From assembly GCA_963836235.1 (NCBI GenBank), contig CAWIIP010000004.1, positions 704,001-768,000 on the forward strand: a stretch of 64,000 nt of DNA, given 5' to 3'. The DNA is from an uncultured Pseudomonadota bacterium. GTDB taxonomy: Bacteria; Oederibacteriota; Muellerivitia; Muellerivitales; Muellerivitaceae. Both the position numbers and the translations under genes were made by a program. Each line of letters starts with the position of its first letter. Within the stretch, counting starts at the first letter, position 1. This document shows positions 19,196 to 29,722 of this stretch, piece by piece. The notes under the pieces were generated by a model. The model was not told the origin of the DNA. It did no database searches and saw only the letters and a program-made list of their open reading frames with translations.

Positions 19196-19669
19196 ATGAA
19201 CAGTCTCAAAACCACGGATAGAGCTGTGGATATTCTTTTGGCGGAAGACAATCCGACCGATGTGTTCTTCATCAAGGAAGCCCTCAAGCGGTGCCGGTTT
19301 TCGGTCCGCCTGGGGGTCGTTCGCAACGGCGAGGAGGCCTTGACCTATCTGCGCCACCAGGGGTCATTCGCTGAGCGGCCCCACCCCGATTTGGTCATGC
19401 TGGATTTGAACCTTCCTCGAAAAAATGGTTGGGAAGTCCTGACGGAAATAAAACAGGATTATGAATTGAACCCCATACCTGTCCTGATCATCACCACTTA
19501 CAATAACGCGGCCGACGCGCACCGCGCTTACCGATTGAACGCGGATTTTTATATGGTGAAGCCCCTGAACATGGCCCAATTTCCGATATTGACCAAATCC
19601 ATTGAGCGTTTTTTGGGAGGCACTCTCCACTGGCTCGAGCATTGGCGGGCTGATACCGCGCGTTCTTAA
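19196..19669 (+). CDS. single-domain response regulator (Rcp1-like)
   Basis: ILLAEDNP.D, PDLVMLDLNLP.KNG.EVL..IK, YMVKP; RBS AGGAGG. Confidence 0.88.
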   Translation: MNSLKTTDRAVDILLAEDNPTDVFFIKEALKRCRFSVRLGVVRNGEEALTYLRHQGSFAERPHPDLVMLDLNLPRKNGWEVLTEIKQDYELNPIPVLIITTYNNAADAHRAYRLNADFYMVKPLNMAQFPILTKSIERFLGGTLHWLEHWRADTARS

Positions 19670-19785
19670 TGGGAGGAGTTTTAAAGGTGTTAACTCTGTA
19701 AAACTGTTGATTTGTATGGTTTTTTGCGCGTTGTGGAAAAGGCGAAACCCCTCTATACTTTTTTGGGTATGGAGGTGGCGATATC

Positions 19786-21882
19786 GTGAAGAAAATTATT
19801 TCGCTGGGTTTATTTGTTCTTCTTTCCGGTTTCTTACTTTTGTCACAAGGTTGTCCCGGGAAAGTCGCCCTGGTTTCCCCCGTCACGCCCCCGACACCCA
19901 CCATTTCGGATACCCCTTGCGGGTATCCGGGCAATACCTGCACCTTTACCTTTACCTCCAGCCCCACGAACACTGGCACATCAACGCCTTCGGCAACGCC
20001 CACTAGCAGTCCCACGAAAACCGATACGGCGACGATTACTAACACTCCAACGATTACCAATAGCTTTACGGCCACTGCGACTCCCACCCTTACGCCCACC
20101 GGTACCCTGTCACCGAGCCTTACCCCGACCTTCACCGGATCTCCGGTAGCGACAAGCACCCAAACGCCTTTGGCGACTCCGGCGGGTTTGTTAGGCTGGT
20201 ATAACCCCACGGATTACCCACAGATTTATTGGGTCAGCTCCACCGACCCCAATGTTACGGGTTACAACATTTACGTCAGTAATGGTTCGTCCACCGTGTT
20301 GGGGGGGAGCATCGCCAAAAGCGGTGTCTTCATGGAGTCCACCGACAGCGCCAGCACCAGCTTCAATAAGTCCTATTGGGTTGTCGCCACGGGGGCCGGG
20401 GGAAACATGAGCGGGCCTTCCCGTGTTGTTCACGCCGTTAGCGGCCCTATCGTCCTGAACAGCCTGAGTCTTTCTTCCAACACCAGCGGATCACCGGTCT
20501 CTTTTAACATTACGGGCGGTTCGGTGGCGGGCGCGACGCTGAGAAGCTGGCTTGTTTACCAGACCGGTACCGGAACCATTGTCTGGTTATGGGGTGAGGA
20601 ATCGGCCAGCCACACTTCCATGGATTACGGCGAGAATAGCTACGGAACGACCTACTATCCGGCCCAACCCCTAACCGCCGGAGTGACCTACACCCTGAAC
20701 GTCCATACCTACAACAATCAAAATTGGGAAATCGACATGAGCACGATCAACTTCGTCATTTCCGCCTCACCGACCGTCACCCCGACTCCCGTCCTTACGT
20801 CCACCCCTACCTCCAGCGCGACCTCCACCCCTAGCCCGACTATCACGAATACGCCAACTATATCCAATACACCTACTTCCAGCGCCACGAGCACCGCTTC
20901 GAACACGCCGACAGCCACGCTAGGGCCCTTCGCTTGCGCCGAAAGCACCAGTGGCCTTCCCGCTCCCGCACCGATCACCCTTTCGGGTCCGGCCACCGAT
21001 TTCGCGGCCCTTTGTAACGGCTGGGTGCTGGTGGGAAATGAAAACACCTATCAAATTCAGATGGTGAATGTTTTGAGCGGGACTGTGACTACCCTTTGCA
21101 CCCTGCCCGCGGCACCGGGCGTCATGAAATACGACGCTTCGACAACCTTCCTCTACGTTGCCATGGCCGGAGTTTCGGAGGTGGCCCGGGTGAATGTCGC
21201 CACGGGTTCGGAGACAAATATTTCCACCGCAGGGCCCGTCAGTTTCTTGGCCGTTGGCAATAACGGAATAGTGTTTGCTTCCATCAACAGCCTGAACAGC
21301 ATCGAGGTCATCAATGGCCCGGCGGCTTCGGCCCAGACCATCGCCGTAACCAGTCCCCCCTATTATGGAAGTTTGGTGGGCTACGACAAAACCAGGAATT
21401 ATTTATTTATGGGCGGCAACGGATTGTCGCCGGCCCAAATCGTGAACTATTCTTATAACACCGGCACCACGGTTTTGAGCGCCCAGCTTTACAGTTATAG
21501 CGGCGGGGGCAATGGATCGGAAATCGCCGTTTCGGCGGACGGCAATCATCTGGCTTTCCCCAGTGGGGGTGGGAATAACTCGACGGGTTATTCGACCGAT
21601 GATTTCAGCCCCGCCAACCTGACTTACACTAATTCATGGGCAACCTCCAATTACCCCACTTCCGGGGATTTCAGCCCTGACAGCACCCATTTTGCCTTTA
21701 CGGACAGGACCAATATTCAGGTTTGGGGTACCAGTAGTTATGCGACCCCTTTAACCAGCGTCGCCCCCTCAAAAGTTCCGAACATTCTCAAAGTTCGCTA
21801 TTCCCTGGGAGGAGACTATGTTTTCGCTCTGGGTACGGACTCCACTCCCCACACCCTGTTGACCTGGATCGCCAGTCCTTAA
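19786..21882 (+). CDS. surface lipoprotein: Thr/Pro linkers, Fn3-like domains and C-terminal beta-propeller
   Basis: Lipobox SQGC, two T/P/S-rich linkers, VTGYNIY Fn3 strand, YncE-like propeller repeats. Confidence 0.75.
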   Translation: MKKIISLGLFVLLSGFLLLSQGCPGKVALVSPVTPPTPTISDTPCGYPGNTCTFTFTSSPTNTGTSTPSATPTSSPTKTDTATITNTPTITNSFTATATPTLTPTGTLSPSLTPTFTGSPVATSTQTPLATPAGLLGWYNPTDYPQIYWVSSTDPNVTGYNIYVSNGSSTVLGGSIAKSGVFMESTDSASTSFNKSYWVVATGAGGNMSGPSRVVHAVSGPIVLNSLSLSSNTSGSPVSFNITGGSVAGATLRSWLVYQTGTGTIVWLWGEESASHTSMDYGENSYGTTYYPAQPLTAGVTYTLNVHTYNNQNWEIDMSTINFVISASPTVTPTPVLTSTPTSSATSTPSPTITNTPTISNTPTSSATSTASNTPTATLGPFACAESTSGLPAPAPITLSGPATDFAALCNGWVLVGNENTYQIQMVNVLSGTVTTLCTLPAAPGVMKYDASTTFLYVAMAGVSEVARVNVATGSETNISTAGPVSFLAVGNNGIVFASINSLNSIEVINGPAASAQTIAVTSPPYYGSLVGYDKTRNYLFMGGNGLSPAQIVNYSYNTGTTVLSAQLYSYSGGGNGSEIAVSADGNHLAFPSGGGNNSTGYSTDDFSPANLTYTNSWATSNYPTSGDFSPDSTHFAFTDRTNIQVWGTSSYATPLTSVAPSKVPNILKVRYSLGGDYVFALGTDSTPHTLLTWIASP

Positions 21883-22003
21883 GAGGATTTCGCCGATAGT
21901 CGAGAGCCCCATTGGCCGCAGTGTTTGCTTTCCCCCTCAGACAATCCCACCGGCCCATCGTGTAATATAGCCATCATCTCGGGATTCTTTAAAAGATGGG
22001 GTT

Positions 22004-22465
22004 ATGAAAAAAAGAGCTTTATTCCTTTTCCTGCTGGGGACCCTTCAGATAGTGGGGAACTGCAGCCACACCCGCTGGATGCAGAACCTGGGTTTCGCCA
22101 CGGCGGCTTCTCCCGCACCCATGGTGTTTTGCGGCGTGGGGGAACAGGAAAGTTTCGCCAACCGCTATTTTTTGGACTGGAAGGACTCCCAAGGCGAGAG
22201 CCATTCAATCCCTATCGACCACTTAGTCCTGGCCCGATTGAAGGGGCCGGAAGCCCGGCGCAGCATGTACCTTCTGACCCTGGAGGGTGATTCCACCGGA
22301 TGGCCTTCGCTGAACCGTTCCATCCGGGGCTATTTCGATTGCGGCCTGCTGTTGGAAGAATGGGGCATCCAACCGCAGAGCCTTCAATGGCCGGTCACCA
22401 TTCGAGAGGTGCCTGCTGCCGGTTTGGCGGCCCGAGCGATCCCTTATGGTGACCCATGCCACTGA
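22004..22465 (+). CDS. hypothetical protein, upstream partner of the HTTM gene
   Basis: Hydrophobic N-terminus with ATAASPAP.VF segment; stop overlaps the next gene by 10 nt. Confidence 0.65.
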   Translation: MKKRALFLFLLGTLQIVGNCSHTRWMQNLGFATAASPAPMVFCGVGEQESFANRYFLDWKDSQGESHSIPIDHLVLARLKGPEARRSMYLLTLEGDSTGWPSLNRSIRGYFDCGLLLEEWGIQPQSLQWPVTIREVPAAGLAARAIPYGDPCH

Positions 22466-23310
22466 AAAACGGGTGGACGGGAGGGTACTACAGCCTCTTT
22501 CGGGCCCTGCTGGGTTTTTCACTATTTGTTTACTTTCTCCAGCTTTTACCCTGGGGAATGGAACTGTTTTCCAACCTGGGAGCCTTGGCCACTTTCGAGC
22601 AAAAACACGGCGCCGCTTACTTTCCAAACATCCTCGCTCTTTGGAACAGTCCGGTGGCGGTCATGGCTTTGCTGGCCTTGGGAGCGGTCCTGGGTGTTCT
22701 TTTGGCCATAGGGTTCAGGGACCGGCTGGCGGCGATAGGCCTTTGGTACCTCTGGGCTTGCCTGTTGGACCGTAATCCCTTCATCCTGAATCCGGAGCTT
22801 CCTTACATCGGCTGGATATTGCTGGCGCATGCATGCCTGCCTGGGGCGCCCACTGGTTCCTGGGAGGCCCGTCAGCGGCCCGAACAGGGAATGACCTGGA
22901 CATTTCCCTGGTCGATTCAGGAGGCCGCCTGGTGGGTGGTTGGGCTGAGCTACAGTTACAGCGGCTTTTACAAGCTTCTTACCCCAGCCTGGAAAGACGG
23001 GACGGCCTTGTTTTGGATTCTCCAGCACCCCTTGAGCCGGGAAAATCTTTTTTGCCGGGCTTTGCTGGGGTTACCCGGCCCTTGTTTGATGGGACTCACC
23101 TGGATCGTGGCTTGGATGGAATTTCTCTACTGGCCGTTAGCCCTCTTTCGACGGGCCCGTCCCTGGGTTTGGACGGAGACGATCCTGCTTCATCTGGCCC
23201 TGATGTTGCTCATGGATTTTTTCTGGATTAGCTGGGGAATGATTTTGGTCCAGCTTTTTCTTTTCGACCCGGCTTGGCTGAAGTCCGGGTTGAAAAGTGA
23301 AAAGGGCTGA
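22456..23310 (+). CDS. HTTM-domain membrane protein
   Basis: Multi-TM protein with FR..LG, RNP, Y.YSG..KL..P.W.DG.A and E..........R......LH motifs. Confidence 0.78.
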   Translation: MPLKNGWTGGYYSLFRALLGFSLFVYFLQLLPWGMELFSNLGALATFEQKHGAAYFPNILALWNSPVAVMALLALGAVLGVLLAIGFRDRLAAIGLWYLWACLLDRNPFILNPELPYIGWILLAHACLPGAPTGSWEARQRPEQGMTWTFPWSIQEAAWWVVGLSYSYSGFYKLLTPAWKDGTALFWILQHPLSRENLFCRALLGLPGPCLMGLTWIVAWMEFLYWPLALFRRARPWVWTETILLHLALMLLMDFFWISWGMILVQLFLFDPAWLKSGLKSEKG

Positions 23311-23321
23311 TCCGATTGTGA

Positions 23322-24914
23322 CTAAAAGAGAGCCGAGAGGGTGAGGCCGCCCGTGACACCGCTCAGGTCGACCTTCAAGGGCGACATGCCGGTGGGATCA
23401 GGGTCAGCCTCGGGGACGATGGTGATCTGGGAACCGCTGGATGAATTGGGATCATATTCCAGGCGGGAAAGGGTGCTTTGGCCTCCGCTGGAAACATTTC
23501 CCGTCAAATGTCTCGACTGAAGCCAGCGGTAGCCGATGGAGGGCGATAAGAAGAAGTTGTCCGCAAACTCCCAATCCAGGCCCACCTGCGCTTCGCCCCC
23601 GAATACCACCGAATTAAAATCACTCGTTCCCGATCCTGAGGGGTTGCTGTAGTTCACGTTAACCGCGATCGAGGCCAAGCGGGGCCCGATAGAGGCAAAG
23701 AACTGTAGGGGCCTATCTCCCGCCAAAAGCTTCACGTCCAGTCCACCCACCAAGGCGCTTAAGGCGTAAGAAATGGAGCTGTTCCCATAAAGGGCGCTCT
23801 GGATATTCTCGGAAACGGTTCCCGCGGGCAGGACACTGAGGGGGAGGCCGAACTCCAGATGGGCGTCCATCCGCAGGACCGGTTCCACAATGTAGCCGAT
23901 CAAGGAATTGGGAACGGATCCGGAAAAGCGGTAGCTGGGATCGACGCTTGCTTGGGAGTTCGCGTAGAAAACCTGGGCCTGCACCTCGGCCGTGAATTCC
24001 GCCAAGTTGATGAAGGATACTTGCGGCTCCAGCCGCAAACCAAATTGGGGATAATCGATCGGAGCTGGGACGTTGGGTGTTTTTCCGGTGCCATAGGCAT
24101 TGACCTGCGCGTCCACCCATTGTTTTTCTTGGAAGGTCAGCGGGGACCTCAAGCGGCGGACGAAGTAGTCCAATTTTTCATTGGGTCTTAATTTGCAGGA
24201 AATGCCAAGGTTCATCACCGCGTCACGGAGGTGACCGGCTTTGTATTGGCAAGATCCGAGATAATAGTAAATATGGGAGTCGCCCGGTTTTTGAGCGAGG
24301 GCTTGTTTGAAAAAAGGTATGGCATCCTGATATTGCTTCTGCTTGAAAAGGGCCAAGGCTTGGCTATAGGCGTTGATATCCGGCGTGGGAGCGGCGGAGG
24401 CGGGTGGGATGGCCGTCTGTGCCGGGGCCGCGGATATCGTGGCGGGGCTGGTGGTCGGATTGGGGGTGGTTGTGGAAGGGGTGCCGGCGGAAACTTCGGG
24501 TGGCGGCGGTGGGGCCGGTGGCTCGACGGCAGGTTGGTCGTTTGTTTTAGAAGCGGCGGGGGGTGTGGCGATAGGTTTGGAAACCGCTCCGGTGGGAATA
24601 TCGGGAGGTGCCGGAGGCATGACGGATGGCTGGGTTTCGGGAACGGAGGGAGGTGTGGAAACGGTTGAAGGGGTGGAGTTGGGGGGAGTGCTGTTAGAGA
24701 CCTCGGGTGGCACTGGAGGGGGCGGTTGAACAACGGCTTGTGTATCAGGAAGGGCGGGAGGCGGGGAAAGAGTTGAGGGAAGGGACGCCGGCGGAGCATC
24801 GGTCGAAACATCGGGTGGCGGGGGAATTTGATCGTCGTTTGCCGCCAGTACCAAAGGCGGGGCAATCAGGCTTGAAGCCACCAGCGAAATGAAGATCAGG
24901 CGACGGTAGGGCAT
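23322..24914 (-). CDS. outer-membrane protein: Pro-rich linker + TPR + C-terminal beta-barrel
   Basis: Signal peptide, ~150 aa of P/T/A/S low complexity, TPR (YQDAIPFFKQALAQKP..YYYLG), amphipathic strands ending GLTLSALF. Confidence 0.75.
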   Translation of the reverse strand: MPYRRLIFISLVASSLIAPPLVLAANDDQIPPPPDVSTDAPPASLPSTLSPPPALPDTQAVVQPPPPVPPEVSNSTPPNSTPSTVSTPPSVPETQPSVMPPAPPDIPTGAVSKPIATPPAASKTNDQPAVEPPAPPPPPEVSAGTPSTTTPNPTTSPATISAAPAQTAIPPASAAPTPDINAYSQALALFKQKQYQDAIPFFKQALAQKPGDSHIYYYLGSCQYKAGHLRDAVMNLGISCKLRPNEKLDYFVRRLRSPLTFQEKQWVDAQVNAYGTGKTPNVPAPIDYPQFGLRLEPQVSFINLAEFTAEVQAQVFYANSQASVDPSYRFSGSVPNSLIGYIVEPVLRMDAHLEFGLPLSVLPAGTVSENIQSALYGNSSISYALSALVGGLDVKLLAGDRPLQFFASIGPRLASIAVNVNYSNPSGSGTSDFNSVVFGGEAQVGLDWEFADNFFLSPSIGYRWLQSRHLTGNVSSGGQSTLSRLEYDPNSSSGSQITIVPEADPDPTGMSPLKVDLSGVTGGLTLSALF

Positions 24915-25030
24915 AAAACCTCGCTTATCGGTATTGGAATAATCGGCGCATTATAGCCTGAAATGGGGGCGGGGAAAAACGCAGAGTTTATATGGGTGGT
25001 TCCCCAGGTTCGTGTTGTCATCGGAAGCTC

Positions 25031-25063
25031 AAAACAAAAGAGCCTCTTGTAAGGGAGGCTCTT
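25031..25063 (-). terminator. rho-independent terminator
   Basis: Hairpin AAGAGCCTCTT-GTAA-GGGAGGCTCTT with an A-rich tract on its left (U tract on the minus strand), downstream of CDS 25117-26826. Confidence 0.75.
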
Positions 25064-25116
25064 CATTTAAGGGAGTTTCTTGAAATGCGAATACCCTTGG
25101 ATGTCTATTTTATGTT

Positions 25117-26826
25117 TTAATACAGTTCCATATTGTCGATAATGTAATCCCCGGTAGCGGCCTGAGTACCGCCATAGACATTAATCTCGACGCCAATCCC
25201 GCTTACGCTCGTTTCGTCGGTTGTCCAACTGGGTCCGGAGGGTTGGAGGGAAACCTCCGTCCATTGGCCCACAGTTAGTGGGATATAGCTGTATCCTCCA
25301 GGAATTTCGCCGCCAAGGCCTCCTGTGCCGTAAATGTCCCCACTGGTGGTTTTTACGTAATTGGCGGCCCCGTAACCCGCAGAACCTGTGGCATCCGTCA
25401 TCGGATAAACCCAAACCCTGACACCCACCGCACCGATGGCAATGAAGTTGATGGGGAAGCCGTTACCGGAGGTTATGGGATTCCAAACATAATTCGATTC
25501 GATTTGCATGTCATTTCCCGCCGCAGACAACATGGTCATATCCAAGGCGCTCACGCCGCCCGAGGCATTCGTGATTCCCAAATTGGCATATGAGTTGGGG
25601 GTAATAATATCTCCGCCCCCCGAATTGTAGTCCACGTAGAACCCATCCACTGAACCGTCTTCAAAGGTCCAGGAATAGTTGGGGACCGCAGTGAAAGTGG
25701 CTGTGGCGGTGCTGGTGGGCGTGCTGGTGGAAGATGCCGTGGCGGTGTTGGTGGCGGAATCGGTGGCCGTCATAGTTGCGGAATCAGTTGGAGTTGCCGT
25801 GATAGTGGCCGTGGCGGCGCCCGTATCGGTAGGGGTGGCGGAAGCGGTTTGAGTCGGGCTATCCGTGATGGTGGAAGTAACGGTGTCGGTGGTGGTGTTA
25901 CTTGGCGTATTGGTCGCGCTGGGCGGAGTAATGGTGACGTCATCAATCCAGATGGTCACTGGCGAACCGTTGGATTGGCCGGCTCCCGTCCCGCTGGGGA
26001 CTTGAAGGCCAAATTGGATGATGGAAGTGGGAGCGCCCGGGTTGATCACGTAAGACATCTGGAACCAGGTTCCGGCGGAATAACTGCCTCCACCGCCGCC
26101 AGCATTGGTCCAGTCGCCACCATCCCAGAGGCTGGCGCTGGGGCCGCTTTGGTCGAAAACCTGCATGGCGTTCCCATTGTTGGAGGCCATCACCCAAAAG
26201 CTGATAGTGCTTCCGGGTAATATGGTGACGCCGGGGCTTGGGAACTGGATGCCAATTTGTTCCTGTTGGGCGGTGGTGGTGAAGGGAAGCACAACCTTTA
26301 AAGATCCAGTTCCGCCATGAAAAATGGTCGTGTCTTGAGAAATGGTAGCGGTAACGGATCCCCAAGCGTTCCAGCATTGGGTTCCGGAATCAAAAGTGTA
26401 GTTTGTTAGGAAAGTGGGCACGCAAGTTGTCGGTGTGCTTGTCACGGTAGCGGTAGCGCTATTGGTCGGGGTTGCCGTGGCCGTTGAAGCTCCGGTATTG
26501 GTTGGTGTGGCGGTAACTGTAAGCGTCGGGCTATTGGTGGTTGTGGAAGTGAGGGTCTTGGTAGGGGTAGCCGTTGCCGTATTGGTTGCGGCACTGGGAG
26601 GAGTACTGGTTGGAGTAAAGGAGGCGGTGCTCGTGGGACTGTTGGTAGGGGTATTGGTTGCCACTACAAGTGTGGTATTGGTTGGGGTTGCGGTGCTGGT
26701 GCTGTTTATTACAGCAATCGGAAGGGTCGGGGAGACGGAAATGTTCCGGGAGCATCCCGATAAGAAATAGGTGGTGATTGTCGCCGTTGTCGTGATAAAG
26801 CCTATCCATGTTTGAAAACGCGCCAT
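25117..26826 (-). CDS. lipoprotein with Thr/Pro stalks and two CBM-like beta-sandwich domains
   Basis: Lipobox LSGC; domains bounded by YTFDSG..W...IWIDDVTI and WTFEDG...YIIDNMELY. Confidence 0.78.
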   Translation of the reverse strand: MARFQTWIGFITTTATITTYFLSGCSRNISVSPTLPIAVINSTSTATPTNTTLVVATNTPTNSPTSTASFTPTSTPPSAATNTATATPTKTLTSTTTNSPTLTVTATPTNTGASTATATPTNSATATVTSTPTTCVPTFLTNYTFDSGTQCWNAWGSVTATISQDTTIFHGGTGSLKVVLPFTTTAQQEQIGIQFPSPGVTILPGSTISFWVMASNNGNAMQVFDQSGPSASLWDGGDWTNAGGGGGSYSAGTWFQMSYVINPGAPTSIIQFGLQVPSGTGAGQSNGSPVTIWIDDVTITPPSATNTPSNTTTDTVTSTITDSPTQTASATPTDTGAATATITATPTDSATMTATDSATNTATASSTSTPTSTATATFTAVPNYSWTFEDGSVDGFYVDYNSGGGDIITPNSYANLGITNASGGVSALDMTMLSAAGNDMQIESNYVWNPITSGNGFPINFIAIGAVGVRVWVYPMTDATGSAGYGAANYVKTTSGDIYGTGGLGGEIPGGYSYIPLTVGQWTEVSLQPSGPSWTTDETSVSGIGVEINVYGGTQAATGDYIIDNMELY

Positions 26827-27004
26827 AAGAGTTTTCTTCCTTATTTTGATTTAAAAGCTTGATGCGAATGGTGAAATGATACCACGATTTTTTTGATATT
26901 TTAATTTTCAATTTGAGTTAAGGCTGATGGGAGGGTGTAACCGGGCTTTCTAAGTGAAGCCTTTAAATGGGGCAGCCAGCTTGAAAAAGGGTTTTGGTCA
27001 AAGG

Positions 27005-27040
27005 AAAAAGTGGCCCACGTCGAAATGTGGGCCGCTTTTT
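27005..27040. terminator. terminator hairpin with A and T tracts on both sides
   Basis: AAAAAGTGGCCCACGT-CGAA-ATGTGGGCCGCTTTTT, downstream of CDS 27071-28474. Confidence 0.8.
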
Positions 27041-27070
27041 AATTAACAAGAACTTTAAGGCAACGAAAAG

Positions 27071-28474
27071 TTAATAAACTTGAATGTTATCGATTTGGAT
27101 GTTGCTGGGGTTAAAGGTCTGGCCGGTTCCCCATCCGCCCGTGGCGCCTTGAATAATGATTTGGCTTACGGCAGCCGCATTAACGGATCCCCAGGCGGTG
27201 GAGGTGGCGGAAAGGTCCAGTTCGGTCCATGCGCCTTGGGTTAGGTTCACATAATAACTATAACTGGTGTTCGCACCGTCGGAAGGGAAGATTTGTCCTC
27301 CCGGATAGCCACCGGCGACTGTACCGGCATCGATCCACATTTGACAACGGATTCCACCACCAGTCAAATTTAACGCTGGAGTAAAGGCTTGGACAATTCC
27401 AGCTGATTCGGAGGTGCCATTATTAGTGGGGGCCACATACCCGCTTGATGTAAAAGGAGCATATAAATTGAGGGCGTATAAAGAACTGTCACCCGCATCT
27501 GGAGTGGGTGTGCTCAAGACGGTTCCAGTTTCACTACCTCCGACAATGGACCAGCCTTGAGCGGTTCCGCTTTCGAAGTCCCATGTTTGGATGGGTGTGG
27601 GAGTAAACGTTGGCGTTGAGGGAGCCGGCGCCGTGATAGAAACTGAGGCAATATAAACAGTTACTGGAGAAGTAATATAAGGAGCGCCATTAGCCGGTAC
27701 TTGGAAAATAAACTGGGTGACGCCTTCCCCGGTTGCCGCTGGATAATTATAACTCACGGTGACCCAACTGCTTGATGGAGCTGTTTCAGTCACCAACGCA
27801 CTGTAGTCAAAATAGGAGCCGCCATCCACACTGCCTTGCGTGAAAATTTGAGTATATTGACCACTCAAGGTTGTGGAAGAAACCACTTGATATAAAAGTG
27901 ATATGGTTGATCCCGGGGTTATGGTTACTCCTGAGGCGAATTGCATGCCAATGAGTTCTTGGCCGGTAGTAGTGCCGCTAAACGGAAGTACGATTTCAAT
28001 GGCGCCGCCACCAGGAGGCGTTACTCCACCAACACTATTCGTTTGAGTTACTGTAGTAGGTATAATCCCATTCGCTGTCCAGCCTTGATTGCAAGTGGCG
28101 AAAGTATAAGTCGCTTGGAGCACTGGAGTGCCGCAACCCGCGCCAGGTGTGTTAGTAATGGTGGGGGTCGCGGTATTGGTTGGTGTACTTGTGATGGTAA
28201 AAGTGGAAGTCAATGTGGGAGTGTTGGTGGGTGTGTTGGTCGGTCCACCGGGTGTGTTAGTGCTGGTGCCAGTGGCGGTATTGGTCGGCGTACTTGTGAT
28301 GGTTGCCGTGGCGGTTTTTGTGGCTGTGGATGTTGGGGGCGCGGGAACGGTATTCGTCGGAGTGAAAGTGTTTGTGGGCGGGAAGGTGGGCGATGCAAGA
28401 TGGCGGCAGCTACTCCCCATTGTCAAAATCGACACCAAGGTTATCAGGAAAGTAAATCCGATCCAATGCTTCAT
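27071..28474 (-). CDS. lipoprotein with Thr/Pro stalk and two CBM-like domains (paralog of 25117-26826)
   Basis: Lipobox GSSC. Shares +VLPF, IG+QF..GVTI.PGSTIS, QVP, SPVT+ and LT.G.WTE with its neighbour; ends IDNIQVY. Confidence 0.78.
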   Translation of the reverse strand: MKHWIGFTFLITLVSILTMGSSCRHLASPTFPPTNTFTPTNTVPAPPTSTATKTATATITSTPTNTATGTSTNTPGGPTNTPTNTPTLTSTFTITSTPTNTATPTITNTPGAGCGTPVLQATYTFATCNQGWTANGIIPTTVTQTNSVGGVTPPGGGAIEIVLPFSGTTTGQELIGMQFASGVTITPGSTISLLYQVVSSTTLSGQYTQIFTQGSVDGGSYFDYSALVTETAPSSSWVTVSYNYPAATGEGVTQFIFQVPANGAPYITSPVTVYIASVSITAPAPSTPTFTPTPIQTWDFESGTAQGWSIVGGSETGTVLSTPTPDAGDSSLYALNLYAPFTSSGYVAPTNNGTSESAGIVQAFTPALNLTGGGIRCQMWIDAGTVAGGYPGGQIFPSDGANTSYSYYVNLTQGAWTELDLSATSTAWGSVNAAAVSQIIIQGATGGWGTGQTFNPSNIQIDNIQVY

Positions 28475-28853
28475 TTTCTGCCTCCGAGATTATTGAAACA
28501 ATTTTTTCAAGTGTTTGAAAGTATAGCACCGATCAATAAATTTCTCCTTTTCTAAAAGACGCTCAATTTAAATTATTAAGGGTTCCCTGAGGGCTACTTA
28601 ATTTTATGAATGAAAATAGGGAAAAAATGGATATTGCGAAGGGGATCGATTACTTGGGAAAAAATGTTTAACGGTTTACTGCAAAGCTGTTTATTTTTAA
28701 ACTTTTCAAAAAAGGTTTAAGTGCGTTTTTAAGGGTTTTTAAAGCTGAAAAAGTTTCCGGCTTCGCCGAGTTTTTAGTAGAATGCCACCGCTTTTCTAAT
28801 AGCTGTTCTTCAAACGCCGATAAACTTCTATCTCTTTCCTAATCAAGGTGGCC

Positions 28854-29621
28854 ATGGCCCAGTCAAAAAAAATTTATTATGGAACTGTCTTGTGCCTTGC
28901 GGTTTTAGTGGCTGGTTGTGGGGCCGTTTTGGTGAACCAGGGCGCCAAGAACGAGCCTTTGACCGATGGGTTAAAAAATCCAGCAGACCTAGTGGCCAAG
29001 GTCACTGTGCCCCCTGACCAAAAGGTGATTGATAATTTCGAAGACGGTTCCACCAACATGAGTTCGAAACTATATGGGGGTGGAGGAACTTGGAATGCTT
29101 TCGCTTCCGCCGGTAATACCCTGAATACTCCCTACGTCGTTTCCGGAGGGGCCAATGGAACCGCTATGGGCGCCCATATTTCCGGTACGCTGGTCAACAA
29201 GGGTGACGGTCAATATCCTTCCTTCACTCTCCAGGGAATGTTTAAAAAAAGTGGTATCTACGATGCCAGTATGTTTGAAGGCATCCGGTTTTATTATAAA
29301 TGCCCAGCCGACGACAAGGCTCCGACCCGGCGTTTCAACGTGACTATTCCCGCCACCCTGCCTTCTTCCGGCGGCGGGACTTGCTCGGACCAGTGCTACA
29401 ACCATTTCGGGGCGGACCTTTCGATGACTGGGGATTGGGTTCAAAAAACTTATTCCTTCAGCGATTTTAAGCGCCAACCGGGTTGGGGATCCATCGTAAC
29501 GCCTCCGGATTTTACCGATCACTTAAAGGAATTAATGACGATTGAATGGAACCACAATGCCGGTAATGCCGCCGGGACCTACCCGATAGATTACTGGGTG
29601 GATGAGGTTGAGTTTTTTTAG
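28854..29621 (+). CDS. CBM11/CIA30-like lipoprotein 1
   Basis: Lipobox VAGC; IDNFEDG, YDAS.FEGIRFYYK, GGTC..QCYNHFG, W......FSDF, YWVDEVEFF. Confidence 0.75.
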   Translation: MAQSKKIYYGTVLCLAVLVAGCGAVLVNQGAKNEPLTDGLKNPADLVAKVTVPPDQKVIDNFEDGSTNMSSKLYGGGGTWNAFASAGNTLNTPYVVSGGANGTAMGAHISGTLVNKGDGQYPSFTLQGMFKKSGIYDASMFEGIRFYYKCPADDKAPTRRFNVTIPATLPSSGGGTCSDQCYNHFGADLSMTGDWVQKTYSFSDFKRQPGWGSIVTPPDFTDHLKELMTIEWNHNAGNAAGTYPIDYWVDEVEFF

Positions 29622-29722
29622 ACGGTTATAAAAATGTTTATGTTGAAGGTTTGGCTGTTAAAACGCTTTTGCCAAAGGGCGTTGAATCCCTCGTGCTTCA
29701 GGAGTGCGGTTTGAGGTTTGAA

